Source: a virus (taxonomy: Duplodnaviria > Caudoviricetes). From it: a stretch of 55,664 nucleotides of DNA. This document shows positions 30,859 through 40,558 of the stretch, one piece after another. Position numbers and translations under genes: made by a program. Within the stretch, counting starts at the first letter, position 1; each line of letters begins with the position of its first letter. Location of the stretch: positions 1 through 55,664 of the IMG/VR virus record IMGVR_UViG_3300001765_000097; one strand, given 5' to 3'. The notes beneath the pieces are model-generated. The model was not told where the DNA came from, did no database searches, and saw only the letters and a program-made list of their open reading frames with translations.

Positions 30859-30891
30859 TTGAGTTAATCTTTCTAATCTTAAAGGATACAG

Positions 30892-33498
30892 ATGAATAAT
30901 TATTATAAGTTATATATTGAAAACACTTACACTTTAGCTGAAACAATAGTTATTAAATTTGAAGACGCAGCTCGCGCTCTTAACTTAAGAGTCATGGCTG
31001 ATCATGGTTTAAACTCGGTTTCTCCAGACGTAAGTACATGGAAATATTATCAAAACATTAGCGGAAATTATCATTTTAGCGACGTTTTTGATAATAATTC
31101 TAAAGTTATAACTATAACATCGTTAGACACTTTAGAACAAATTGAATTTAGATCTTCTGTATTAGAAAATCACCCAGCTACTAAAAGAGCTTATTTATTC
31201 GGTAACAGACACTATCGTCAACTTATTCAGAAATACCCTGGTTATGAATTATTAATTTTAGGTGTTTTATACCCAGTTGATATAAATATAGCTATATCTG
31301 CAAAAGATGGCACTATATTAAATTACCCAAAATATTTAATTGATGTTAATGAATATTCGCTAATAGATAAACTTCAAAGTTGGATTTATAAATACGTTGA
31401 CAGATGGATTAATAAACAATTTGCAATCAGTGACGATTTATATGTTGCCACATATCTTGGACAATTGTATTTACATTTAGTCCCAGAGATTATCAACCTC
31501 AGATTACAAGCTTGTAAAACTAATGAAGCGCATAGTTTTCACATAAGAGAATATTTAGCAAGTAATGGCATGTTAGACAAATATCTAGATGTCATGACAA
31601 TTAACCAGGCGTTATTCTTCTATAGAAATATTCTTTATATTGAAAGAAATGCAGGTAAGAGAGATACGTTTGATTGGTTAGTTGAAAATCTAATGACTGT
31701 TAGGTCTTTACCGCTTTATGATTTCACCATGAAGCACGATGTTGACGCAATGATTAGTGCGCCTACAAATGAAGTACTTAGTTTACATCCTAACATTACA
31801 TTTAGAAGAAATCCAATAAATTATAAAACGCAACTTGATGCACCGAATTCATTCTTATCATTACATTCTGTAAATTTAAAACTCAAAGATTTAGTGCCTG
31901 GTAATGCGGTTTATCTAGAAAATAATATAATACCTATTAGGGAAAAATTAGAAGATTCTAAATCCAACGTAGTAGGTACTAAATTATTAGAATCGTTAGT
32001 GTCGGATTATCAATTATCCACACCTTACACATTGGAAATGATTTTATTAAATCATTGGTTATACTGGTCTTCAGAAAATATCTACAACGCTTATGTATCT
32101 ATCTCTTTTATTAAAACTAAAAAGATAGTGGACATGAGTGTAAAAGATGCATTCATTCTTTTAATATATGTAATCAATAGAGCAATAGGTTTAGATCTAC
32201 CTAACATCCCAAGTGCGTTAGCCACTAGAGTTTTACCTGTAATTAAAACAGATGTAAGTGAACTCAGGAAAATGACTGACACTAAGTATGTAGATCAATC
32301 TAAACTAGATTTAATACATAGTACGGTACCGACGATTGGTCCGATTGATTCAATTGACGTATTTTACGCTAAATGTAAATTAATATACATATCTACTCTA
32401 CAACAATATAGAATTGAATACGGTGTAGAAAATCAAATAGAACGTGGTGAAATACAAGCTGCAATTACTAGATTGTACATAGATAAAAAAGTGGGTCTAG
32501 GTAATGAATCATACGCTAGTTGGTTTAGTAGATTAGGTTTAGATTTCACAGTTTATGAAGGGTCAGATTTCTACGAGTTATATAATAGCATCATAACTGA
32601 AACCACAGGCGTAAACAATGTAGATGATCTGTCCATAAGAAAAGTTCAGATAGCCATGGTGGAAATGCTTCAATTATTGAGCAGTTATTCAATTGAAGTA
32701 GTTAGAAATTCATCAGAGCCACCTATTCAAGTTATACCTCGGCCATCAGTTAGAGTTGGTGACGAATCGATTAAGGATAATAGTTTAGACTACGTGGATT
32801 CGGCTCCAGTTTTCGTACAAGATATAATCAATAGTGAAAACGAAGAAGTTAAGATAGATATAAATACAGTGTTTCCGCTAGGTGATATAGAAGGTAGGGA
32901 ACATACAAAAACTCACGTTGATATAGCTATAGATATTAAATCGTCTAAACATATTGGTAAGTTAGATCCTATCAGAATACATTTGGCAAACATTAGAGTA
33001 GTGGACAGATATACACATATATCTAATAAATTCTGTGTTCCTCAAGGTGTGGATATATTTGATATACAGACCAAGGACGTTAATGATGAAACAGTAACGC
33101 AACAAGATATTCGCATTATGGATATCCATAATACGTTTATGGGTGGAATGTTTGTAGCTGACAACATAACTGACGTACCGTTATTATTATCAGGTAATCC
33201 TAATATAATAGCCCCTGCGGAATTTGAGTTTACAGCACCTACCACTGTTACTGAAACCGATGTAATTTATTTTAGTTCGTCTGTATTTGGGGTACCTGAA
33301 AATACATTACAGCCGCCACATTTAGTGACAGAGAATAATAAAATATATTTCACTTCCTCACTATTTCATCCAGATGCATTTAAAGGCAAATTAACAGACG
33401 TTCCAATTAAACTTAGTATATTTAATAGTGGGTTTAGAACTACTGAAACTGGATCAATCAGGTTGACTGAAAATGGTCTGCCTAGAGATATTAATTAA
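30892..33498 (+). CDS. Virion structural protein, probable baseplate component (phiKZ gp128-like) with C-terminal extension
   Basis: WKYY.N.SG.YH, SLDTLE.I.F, CKT.EAHSFHI..YL.S, YRNI.YI.RN.GK..TF and LSSYS motifs. Confidence 0.75.
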   Translation: MNNYYKLYIENTYTLAETIVIKFEDAARALNLRVMADHGLNSVSPDVSTWKYYQNISGNYHFSDVFDNNSKVITITSLDTLEQIEFRSSVLENHPATKRAYLFGNRHYRQLIQKYPGYELLILGVLYPVDINIAISAKDGTILNYPKYLIDVNEYSLIDKLQSWIYKYVDRWINKQFAISDDLYVATYLGQLYLHLVPEIINLRLQACKTNEAHSFHIREYLASNGMLDKYLDVMTINQALFFYRNILYIERNAGKRDTFDWLVENLMTVRSLPLYDFTMKHDVDAMISAPTNEVLSLHPNITFRRNPINYKTQLDAPNSFLSLHSVNLKLKDLVPGNAVYLENNIIPIREKLEDSKSNVVGTKLLESLVSDYQLSTPYTLEMILLNHWLYWSSENIYNAYVSISFIKTKKIVDMSVKDAFILLIYVINRAIGLDLPNIPSALATRVLPVIKTDVSELRKMTDTKYVDQSKLDLIHSTVPTIGPIDSIDVFYAKCKLIYISTLQQYRIEYGVENQIERGEIQAAITRLYIDKKVGLGNESYASWFSRLGLDFTVYEGSDFYELYNSIITETTGVNNVDDLSIRKVQIAMVEMLQLLSSYSIEVVRNSSEPPIQVIPRPSVRVGDESIKDNSLDYVDSAPVFVQDIINSENEEVKIDINTVFPLGDIEGREHTKTHVDIAIDIKSSKHIGKLDPIRIHLANIRVVDRYTHISNKFCVPQGVDIFDIQTKDVNDETVTQQDIRIMDIHNTFMGGMFVADNITDVPLLLSGNPNIIAPAEFEFTAPTTVTETDVIYFSSSVFGVPENTLQPPHLVTENNKIYFTSSLFHPDAFKGKLTDVPIKLSIFNSGFRTTETGSIRLTENGLPRDIN

Positions 33499-33511
33499 AA
33501 ATGAGGTAAAA

Positions 33512-36500
33512 ATGATACCACCTACAATATTTTCAGATCCACCAGTGGTAAGTGAATTCTTACCACCTAACGATGAGCAGTATCGTCACCTAAAACAAAT
33601 CGTCTTGGGTGGCGTAGATTTAGATGACCCGTCTCAAGGTAGAAAGTTAAAACGTTGGATAGTTTACTATGAAAACGGTGTAATTAAAGTAAAGCCTGAA
33701 TATGATACTGTAAAATTCACTCTAACAGTTAGTGGTGTAAAAACAGTATCGATGGCGTTTGATGTAGAGATGAGATTAGTTTTAGCTTGGACCACAGTTG
33801 ACGGCGCATATATTCATTATTACGATACACTTTCAGCTAATCACATTACAAAAAATTATCCAGGTGTAAAAAGTTGCAGAGTCGCTGCTGATAGCACTGA
33901 TGATTATTATAAAGAGTATTCGGACATTATTTTTGCTTACACTTTAGACAATAATCTTTATTATAGACAACAAAGAGATCAATATGAAATAGAGTATTTA
34001 ATTGGTCCATGTAATTACACTTTAATAAAATTAGGACAATCGCTTGCTGGTAGACTACAATTTGAATTAGTATCCGATGCAGACATTTTTGGTATTACTC
34101 AAGTTGCAGATACGCCTTTGAAATTAGTAGGCGCACCACCAGTTACATTTATATACACTATTGTTGCAGATAGATATTCTGTAAACGAAGGTGAGACAAT
34201 TGAATTTACAGTAAATACAACGTACATGGTGGATGGAACCACATTAAAGTATGCAAACTCTGCTGGCTCCATAAACGAATCTGATTTTGATTTTAATCCT
34301 ACTGGAACTTTCATTGTTAATGATAATACCGGTACGTTTAGTTTAAAATTAAAAGATGATTTACTCACTGAAGGATTAGAAACCTTAGTGATGTCAGTGT
34401 ATAGTGAACAAAATATTTGGTTAGCTAGCACTGAAACCATAGTGATAAATGATACCAGTTTATCACCTATAGCAGTGTTCCCTGTAAAACTAGCAACACG
34501 AGATTACACATTAATTCAAACAGAATTGATTAAATTCCCAGTAAGATTAAGTGAAAACGGTTATGCATTAATTCAACCTGTTGTATTCAAATATCCAGTA
34601 GGTTTAGCTGAAAACGGCAATACCTTCATTCAACCTGTTGTATTCAAATATCCAGTAGGCTTAACTGAAAATGGTAGTTCGTTGACTCAACCTGTTGTAT
34701 TCAAATATCCAGTAGGTTTATCTACTAGACACAATAATTTAATTGATGCAGCTAAACACGTATTTCCGATAGGTTTGCATGTTATATCGTACGTAGTGAC
34801 GTCTGATGTGACAACAATCAATGAAGGTGGTACAGTTAACTTTACAGTAAACACAACTGGTGTGCCTGATGGTGAACGTCTGGATTATTTCATTTATTCA
34901 GGCAATGCATCCGTAAATGATTTTAACCCAGATCCTTATGCGACCAACGTGGAGTTAATGATTAGTGGTGACAACATTGATAACTCAACAGTTCCAATTG
35001 ATGTTAGTATTGTACCCAAACAGTTAACAATATTTGGAGACACGTATGTATCATTAATCGCTAAGAAATTTGGTTCCGGTAGTATCTATTTTGATGGGAC
35101 TGGTGACTATATCAAAGTACCGAACTGGTCGGCTTTAGGTACCTCAGATTTCACTATTGAGACATGGTTTAACCCAACAAGCTATCGCGTGGCAATGTTG
35201 TATTCCACTAGATCATCTCAGGAAAATAATTTATGTTTATACATGGATGATAATGGTACAGTATGTATGTGGACAGGTAGTGGTAACACACTGGCTTCAT
35301 CTGCCATACCGCTTAATACATGGACACATATTGCATTTACGCGTTCAGGTACAAGTATTTATTTATTCATAAATGGTGTATTAGCATCGACCGTCAATAA
35401 CTACAATGTTTCATTTGGGTCTAGTTTATTAACCGTGGGTGCCAACGGTAATGGCACTGAAGCAATGCATGGTTATATAGATGACTTTAGAGTCACAAGA
35501 GGTGTTGCTAGATATACTAGTGATTTTAATAGTTACAATGCTTCATCACAAGTAGCGATCATGAACGGTACTGCTGAATTTAGTTTAATTGCAATTCAAG
35601 ACTTTCTAACAGAAGGTAATGAGACCTTTAAATTAAAGGTCGTTAATTCTAAATTATCCCACAGATTCTGCATTAGCCCTGAAATAACAATTTTGGATAC
35701 TAGTAAATCACGAATTTATACTATATCACCCGATGTGACTAGTATTAACGAAGGTGGTGTTATTACTTACACCGTTAATACTGAGAACGTCGAAATAGGT
35801 ACAGTGTTAAATTGGATGCAAATAAGCGGTAGTGCAAACTCGACTGATTTTAGTACGCCCTTATCTGGAACGATCACTGTCACTGGTTCTCCACAAACAT
35901 TCACTATTGTTTCCATAGATGGTAATTCTAATAATTGGAATAAGACAATTTCATTTGGATTAACTAATTCTACTGGTAATTCAATATTGGCTTATTCACA
36001 AACAGTGACAATTGTTGACGATACACCTAGTTATACATTAACATCGAGTGCATCATACATTTCAGAAAATATAACAGTTACCTATTATGCGAATACATCT
36101 AATGTTCCAAACGGCACTGTGTTGTACTGGTACAGTGATATAGATTTAAGTCCTAGTTACGGTACTTCAACAGGGACTGATTTTGGATATGCCAGTGATT
36201 GGAGTGATGCGAATACCGCAATCACAATAAATAATAACATAGCATCTTTTAGTTTAAAAGCTATTAATGATCTAACCACTGAAGGTAATGAAACGTTGGC
36301 TATTACGTTGAGATCGGCACCTGCAGGACCTTTGTTAGCCAGAGGTCCTTTAGTCACTGTTTACGACACAAGTATGTCGCCTCCACCGCCTCCACCACCG
36401 CCTCCACCACCGCCTCCACCACCATCCCCGACGCCTACCCCAACACCGTTCCCAACTCCCACACCAACACCGTTCCCAACTCCCACACCAACACCGTTCC

Positions 36501-37321
36501 CGCCTCCACCGCCTCCACCACCCCCGGTTACAGCCCCGGTGATCACTTACAGCATTTCAGTCTCACCTTCTACGATTAGTGAAGGTCAGCAAATGACAAT
36601 TACAGTTTTATCTAATGATACTTCAGGTTCAGGTTACTCAATGAGTGTCCGTGGTACCAATATTGAAATGTATGATTTCGGAACTGGTCCAAATACATCT
36701 TACAATACAGTTGTAGGACAACCAGATTATTTGGTAAATGGTAGAATCCAAAATTCACTTGCTTGGACTACCAATGATTTAAAAACAGAAGGATCTGAAT
36801 CATTTGTAATGTATTTGTATAAATACAAACCGGGTAATGTAGGTTACACAGATGCTGATATATTAGCCACCAGTAGCCCAATTACTATTCTTGACACAAG
36901 TGTTGCTATAACAAGCCCGCCACCACCAGCTCCTCCAGCTGGTAGAACATACAGCATTGCAACTAGCTCTACAAGTATTAACGAAGGTGGTACAGTTAAC
37001 TTTACAGTAAATTCAACAGGTGTGCCTGACGGAACTAGAATATTCTATCAAACATTGAATAATTCTGCAGGATTAGGTTTCGAAGACTTATTATGGACAT
37101 CTAGTACAATGTTAGGATCCGGTAATAACTTTACCGTTAATAATAACGTTGGCACATTCTCTATAACAGCTAAAGTAGACGGAGTATATGAACCTAACGA
37201 AACATTCCAAATAACATTACATGATTATGCGGCATGGGTAGCTAGAGGTTCTATACCTGGTGATGCAGGTGTGGCATTAGCTACATCACCTACAATCACG
37301 TTTAATAGTAATTATACATAA
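33512..37321 (+). CDS. Large fibre/adhesin: Ig-like (Calx-beta-like) repeats, LamG domain, polyproline linker
   Basis: GAGGT SD favours ATG 33512. Repeats SINEG..V.FTV.T..V.DGT..D..TEG.ETF; LamG motifs FDGTGDY, DFTIETW, WTHIAF, GYIDDFRVTRGVARY. Confidence 0.85.
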   Translation: MIPPTIFSDPPVVSEFLPPNDEQYRHLKQIVLGGVDLDDPSQGRKLKRWIVYYENGVIKVKPEYDTVKFTLTVSGVKTVSMAFDVEMRLVLAWTTVDGAYIHYYDTLSANHITKNYPGVKSCRVAADSTDDYYKEYSDIIFAYTLDNNLYYRQQRDQYEIEYLIGPCNYTLIKLGQSLAGRLQFELVSDADIFGITQVADTPLKLVGAPPVTFIYTIVADRYSVNEGETIEFTVNTTYMVDGTTLKYANSAGSINESDFDFNPTGTFIVNDNTGTFSLKLKDDLLTEGLETLVMSVYSEQNIWLASTETIVINDTSLSPIAVFPVKLATRDYTLIQTELIKFPVRLSENGYALIQPVVFKYPVGLAENGNTFIQPVVFKYPVGLTENGSSLTQPVVFKYPVGLSTRHNNLIDAAKHVFPIGLHVISYVVTSDVTTINEGGTVNFTVNTTGVPDGERLDYFIYSGNASVNDFNPDPYATNVELMISGDNIDNSTVPIDVSIVPKQLTIFGDTYVSLIAKKFGSGSIYFDGTGDYIKVPNWSALGTSDFTIETWFNPTSYRVAMLYSTRSSQENNLCLYMDDNGTVCMWTGSGNTLASSAIPLNTWTHIAFTRSGTSIYLFINGVLASTVNNYNVSFGSSLLTVGANGNGTEAMHGYIDDFRVTRGVARYTSDFNSYNASSQVAIMNGTAEFSLIAIQDFLTEGNETFKLKVVNSKLSHRFCISPEITILDTSKSRIYTISPDVTSINEGGVITYTVNTENVEIGTVLNWMQISGSANSTDFSTPLSGTITVTGSPQTFTIVSIDGNSNNWNKTISFGLTNSTGNSILAYSQTVTIVDDTPSYTLTSSASYISENITVTYYANTSNVPNGTVLYWYSDIDLSPSYGTSTGTDFGYASDWSDANTAITINNNIASFSLKAINDLTTEGNETLAITLRSAPAGPLLARGPLVTVYDTSMSPPPPPPPPPPPPPPPSPTPTPTPFPTPTPTPFPTPTPTPFPPPPPPPPPVTAPVITYSISVSPSTISEGQQMTITVLSNDTSGSGYSMSVRGTNIEMYDFGTGPNTSYNTVVGQPDYLVNGRIQNSLAWTTNDLKTEGSESFVMYLYKYKPGNVGYTDADILATSSPITILDTSVAITSPPPPAPPAGRTYSIATSSTSINEGGTVNFTVNSTGVPDGTRIFYQTLNNSAGLGFEDLLWTSSTMLGSGNNFTVNNNVGTFSITAKVDGVYEPNETFQITLHDYAAWVARGSIPGDAGVALATSPTITFNSNYT
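34574..34719 (+). repeat. 57-bp coding tandem repeat x3 (degenerate copies flank it)
   Basis: CAACCTGTTGTATTCAAATATCCAGTAGG starts at 34574, 34631 and 34688, encoding QPVVFKYPVGL.ENG. Confidence 0.9.
36379..36540 (+). repeat. Polyproline/PT microsatellite-like coding repeat
   Basis: CCGCCTCCA(CCA) units and 24-bp CCGTTCCCAACTCCCACACCAACA units encoding poly-P and (PFPTPTPT)n. Confidence 0.9.
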
Positions 37322-37335
37322 ATCGTATGAACAAC

Positions 37336-37369
37336 ATATACCCAGTAGATAATGATCTACTGGGTATAT
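37336..37369 (+). promoter_or_regulatory. Hairpin preceding the A1/B1 pair (terminator or 5' stem)
   Basis: 15-bp perfect arms ATATACCCAGTAGAT / ATCTACTGGGTATAT; TATG at 37326. Confidence 0.6.
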
Positions 37370-37390
37370 TTAATAAATAAAGGTAAAAAA

Positions 37391-37867
37391 ATGACAGTTA
37401 AGTTTCATCCAAATATTGCGTACTTGATGATAGGTAGAGGTATTTTAGGTGCAAGCTTTGGTTCACCATCAGGTATAACTATTTATTCAGGAATGCAGCC
37501 AAACGCTGCAGATATCGTAGCGAATTGGGCTAATTATAATTCTGCAAATGCTAGTTTTTTAGCGCACTACTCCGGAGCAGTATGGTCCCAACCATTGGAC
37601 GGCGATTCTAAATTTTGCAGTATAACTACTCTACCACCCCCTGTATTACCAACCAATGCAGGTCAAGGTTCATGGTGTATTGTTTGGTCTAAAGATGTGA
37701 GTTCAGTTGAATTAGCATCGAATATATTACCCGATGATATTTTTATAGTAGGCGAAGTTAGTACATTAGCTCAATCTGGAATTGTTAGATTTAACCCAGA
37801 TAGGCATTTTTTATTAGGTACATCTAAAGCTATTGCGGATGGTGTTATATCGGCAAGCATAGTTTGA
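37391..37867 (+). CDS. Small structural protein, paralogue family A (A1)
   Basis: AAGGT SD favours ATG 37391 (MTVKFH). Motifs IYSG.QP.A..IV.NW..Y, FLAHY, GI.RF, I.DG.I.A. Confidence 0.75.
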   Translation: MTVKFHPNIAYLMIGRGILGASFGSPSGITIYSGMQPNAADIVANWANYNSANASFLAHYSGAVWSQPLDGDSKFCSITTLPPPVLPTNAGQGSWCIVWSKDVSSVELASNILPDDIFIVGEVSTLAQSGIVRFNPDRHFLLGTSKAIADGVISASIV

Positions 37868-37879
37868 AAGATTAAATAA

Positions 37880-38434
37880 ATGTCAAAAATAGAATTATCG
37901 CCTAAATTAGGTGTGGATTATACAGGTAGAATGATTGGTTATCCAACATTTCGAAGTATGAATCCAACAAATGCCTTATATTCGGAGTGTCCGTTACTAA
38001 ACAATAATCCTAACATCGGTGGGTGGACAGGTGAGATATTAATTATGAAAGGTGAGGTGCCTTTAGATTTTAGCACTTTAGTAGATACTGATTCTAGAAA
38101 TTCAGACTTATTAATATTGTACACTTGTGCATATAGTGAAGACACTCTTAATTATCCTACTAATTTTTCTAAAAGCATAACCAATATTAATCCTTGTACA
38201 ATTCAAACCGATTATGTAAAATCGGTAGCTGGTGGCATAGCTACATGGTTCTGGTGGAGAGTTAGAGCAAAAGGTCTCGCCGGACAAAAGGACATACCCC
38301 ATCAAATTATCGGTACTGTCGGCATGGTGGATACCGGTGAAGATCTAGAGATACCTGATACGAACATCATTATAGATTTAACATATCGTATCACAAATTT
38401 TAAATTAAAATTCCCCACATCTTGGGTATATTAA
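37880..38434 (+). CDS. Small structural protein, paralogue family B (B1)
   Basis: MSKI.LS, IMKG.VP, G.ATWFWW, GTVG....G.DL, YRI....L.FPTSW. Confidence 0.75.
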   Translation: MSKIELSPKLGVDYTGRMIGYPTFRSMNPTNALYSECPLLNNNPNIGGWTGEILIMKGEVPLDFSTLVDTDSRNSDLLILYTCAYSEDTLNYPTNFSKSITNINPCTIQTDYVKSVAGGIATWFWWRVRAKGLAGQKDIPHQIIGTVGMVDTGEDLEIPDTNIIIDLTYRITNFKLKFPTSWVY

Positions 38435-38446
38435 AAGGAAAATAAA

Positions 38447-39808
38447 ATGACATTAAAATGGCACTCCAATGTAAGAAATCTGATGATAGGTCAGGGTCTG
38501 TTAGCTGGTTTTTCTAACCCAGCAGCGATTTCTGTTTATTCAGGCGCGCAACCTAGGGCTTCGGAAGTTGTATCGAATTGGACTAATTACAAAACAAATA
38601 TAGCAGGTAACACCAATAGTTTTACTTCCGATGTCCACACTTTAATGCAAGACGCAGATTGGACTGCTTCATCCGGATGGAGATCAATTGCATACGGCGC
38701 TGGTCTCTTTGTAGCAGTAGCGATGAATTCGAAAAGTCTGAATACATCTGCAGATGGTATTGACTGGACACTTAGAGCTATGCCCGTGAATGCGCATTGG
38801 ATTAGTGTATTATACGAAAATAATACATTTGTAGCTATAGCTTACAATAGTTCAATAGCGGCTACATCAACAGATGGAATCACTTGGGTTGAAAGAGTGT
38901 TACCTGTTACTGCTGAATGGATTGATGTTAGTTTCGGTAACGGTGTGTTTGTAGCTATAGCTAGTAATAGTAATAAAGCTGCTACATCAACAGATGGAAT
39001 TACTTGGGTTCAAAGAACATTACCTGCAACAGCTGATTGGCGCTCTATTGCTTTCGGCAACGGGATATTTGTAGCTATAGCTTATAACAGTGTTATGGTG
39101 GCTACATCAACTGATGGTATTAATTGGATACAACGTGTTGCACCTGTTAAATTATTTTATAAGTGTATTACGTTTGGCGGTAACAAATTTGTGGCAATTG
39201 CTAAAGACACTAATATATCTATTACATCTGAAGACGGGATTAATTGGGATCAAGTGTTGTTGCCAGCTAGCACATTGTGGAGTGAAATCCAATATGCAAA
39301 TGGGTCATTCTTAGCTATATCTGAGACAAGTACTATCTGTGCAGTGAGCTCAGATGCATTTACATGGGTACAGCAAGCTCTACCTACTGGTTATACTTTA
39401 CATTCTTTGTCTTATGGTAACGGTGTGTTTATAGCATTATCGATGGCGACTAATACATCTACTGCTATAAGAATAGTTACGCAAGGCGGCGCTGAAACAC
39501 CTTATTTATTAGGTCATTTTACAGGTGCTGTTTGGTCTCAACCTGCATATGGTCTTTTATTACAATTGGCAGTGCCACCAGCGAGTAATGGGATTAATAC
39601 CGGCAATGCTACTTGGGCTATTCTTTGGGCAACTAATATTACTAAAGTTCAAATGGATGCGTCAACTTTACCAAATGGTGAATTTATTGTGGTACCGGTG
39701 TCTAACGATATTGGACCTGGAGCCATTAGATTTGCAGATACTTCCTTTGTGGCAAATGTATCCAAAGTAATATCTGACGGTTCTATTGACGCTGTCATGA
39801 TTAATTAA
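38447..39808 (+). CDS. Family A protein (A2) with inserted beta-propeller repeats
   Basis: A-type N- and C-termini enclose about seven ~41-aa repeats W..I.YGNG.FVAIA.....AATSTDGI.W. Confidence 0.8.
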   Translation: MTLKWHSNVRNLMIGQGLLAGFSNPAAISVYSGAQPRASEVVSNWTNYKTNIAGNTNSFTSDVHTLMQDADWTASSGWRSIAYGAGLFVAVAMNSKSLNTSADGIDWTLRAMPVNAHWISVLYENNTFVAIAYNSSIAATSTDGITWVERVLPVTAEWIDVSFGNGVFVAIASNSNKAATSTDGITWVQRTLPATADWRSIAFGNGIFVAIAYNSVMVATSTDGINWIQRVAPVKLFYKCITFGGNKFVAIAKDTNISITSEDGINWDQVLLPASTLWSEIQYANGSFLAISETSTICAVSSDAFTWVQQALPTGYTLHSLSYGNGVFIALSMATNTSTAIRIVTQGGAETPYLLGHFTGAVWSQPAYGLLLQLAVPPASNGINTGNATWAILWATNITKVQMDASTLPNGEFIVVPVSNDIGPGAIRFADTSFVANVSKVISDGSIDAVMIN

Positions 39809-39822
39809 AAGGAATATTAAAA

Positions 39823-40407
39823 ATGTCTAATAGAATAGATTTAAGCAGTGGTTGGGTTCTTGGCACTGGCAATATGGTATCTAGATTAATGTATTCCAAC
39901 TCATGGTCTACTTTAGCTGTGAAGGCAAATAGCGGTGTGTTATCTGCTGCTATAGGTTTAGGGTACCCTGATATTGCTACTTACACTGCACAAGCAACGG
40001 GATCAGTTATCACTATAATGAAAGGTATAATGCCTACATCTATAGGTTCCTTAACACCAACTTTGGTGTGGGCAGAAATAAAATCTAGATTCAGTGATGA
40101 GTTAGTTATTTTCGATACTGCACAGGGTCATTTTAACCCTAGTTCCTACACTGTTAATCCTGCTATTATATCTACTTCCTTTAATGTAGCTAAAGCAACA
40201 GGGACAGCTACTTGGTTTTGGTTAAGAAGTTATGGTGGACAACCAAATGGTAGCAACCCGGGAACTATAGGTCAACAAGCTATTGGAACAGTAGGTTTGA
40301 TTGGATCAGGCGCTGATTTAGAAATGGCTGATGTTAATTTATTAACAGGTGATTCATACAGAATCTCGGGTATGAAAATAGAATTTCCCACTAGTTGGAC
40401 TTTCTAA
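39823..40407 (+). CDS. Family B protein (B2)
   Basis: IMKG.MP, GTATWFW, GTVGLIGSGADL, YRI...IEFPTSW. Confidence 0.75.
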   Translation: MSNRIDLSSGWVLGTGNMVSRLMYSNSWSTLAVKANSGVLSAAIGLGYPDIATYTAQATGSVITIMKGIMPTSIGSLTPTLVWAEIKSRFSDELVIFDTAQGHFNPSSYTVNPAIISTSFNVAKATGTATWFWLRSYGGQPNGSNPGTIGQQAIGTVGLIGSGADLEMADVNLLTGDSYRISGMKIEFPTSWTF

Positions 40408-40415
40408 AACACAAC

Positions 40416-40445
40416 ATAAATAGGAGGATGATTCCTCCTATTTAT
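40416..40445 (+). terminator. Hairpin terminator
   Basis: ATAAATAGGAGGA-TGAT-TCCTCCTATTTAT. Confidence 0.75.
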
Positions 40446-40468
40446 TAACAAATATTTAAATCATTTCT

Positions 40469-40502
40469 AAGGAATTAAAATATGGAATCGGTCACATTGT
40501 AG
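40469..40502 (+). pseudogene. Relic duplicated 5' end (RBS + MESVTL*) of the 41449 gene
   Basis: AAGGA..ATATGGAATCGGT at 40480-40492 is identical to 41447-41459. Confidence 0.6.
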
Positions 40503-40530
40503 AATAATTCAGTCCCATATTACATTATTG
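40496..40530 (+). promoter_or_regulatory. Early promoter P9 of the GIY-YIG cassette
   Basis: TGTAGAATAATTCAGTCC, CATATTAC at 40516-40523, G at 40530. Confidence 0.7.
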
Positions 40531-40558
40531 GTTTAACTAATAATAAATAGGCTTAATT

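Noticed and set aside
34574-34719. 29-bp repeats with 28-bp intervening segments, resembling a mini CRISPR array
   Set aside because: Period is 57 bp, in frame inside a long CDS. The intervening segments are similar to each other and no cas genes are present.
36361-36546. Gly-rich antisense ORF
   Set aside because: Mirror of the polyproline tract on the coding strand.
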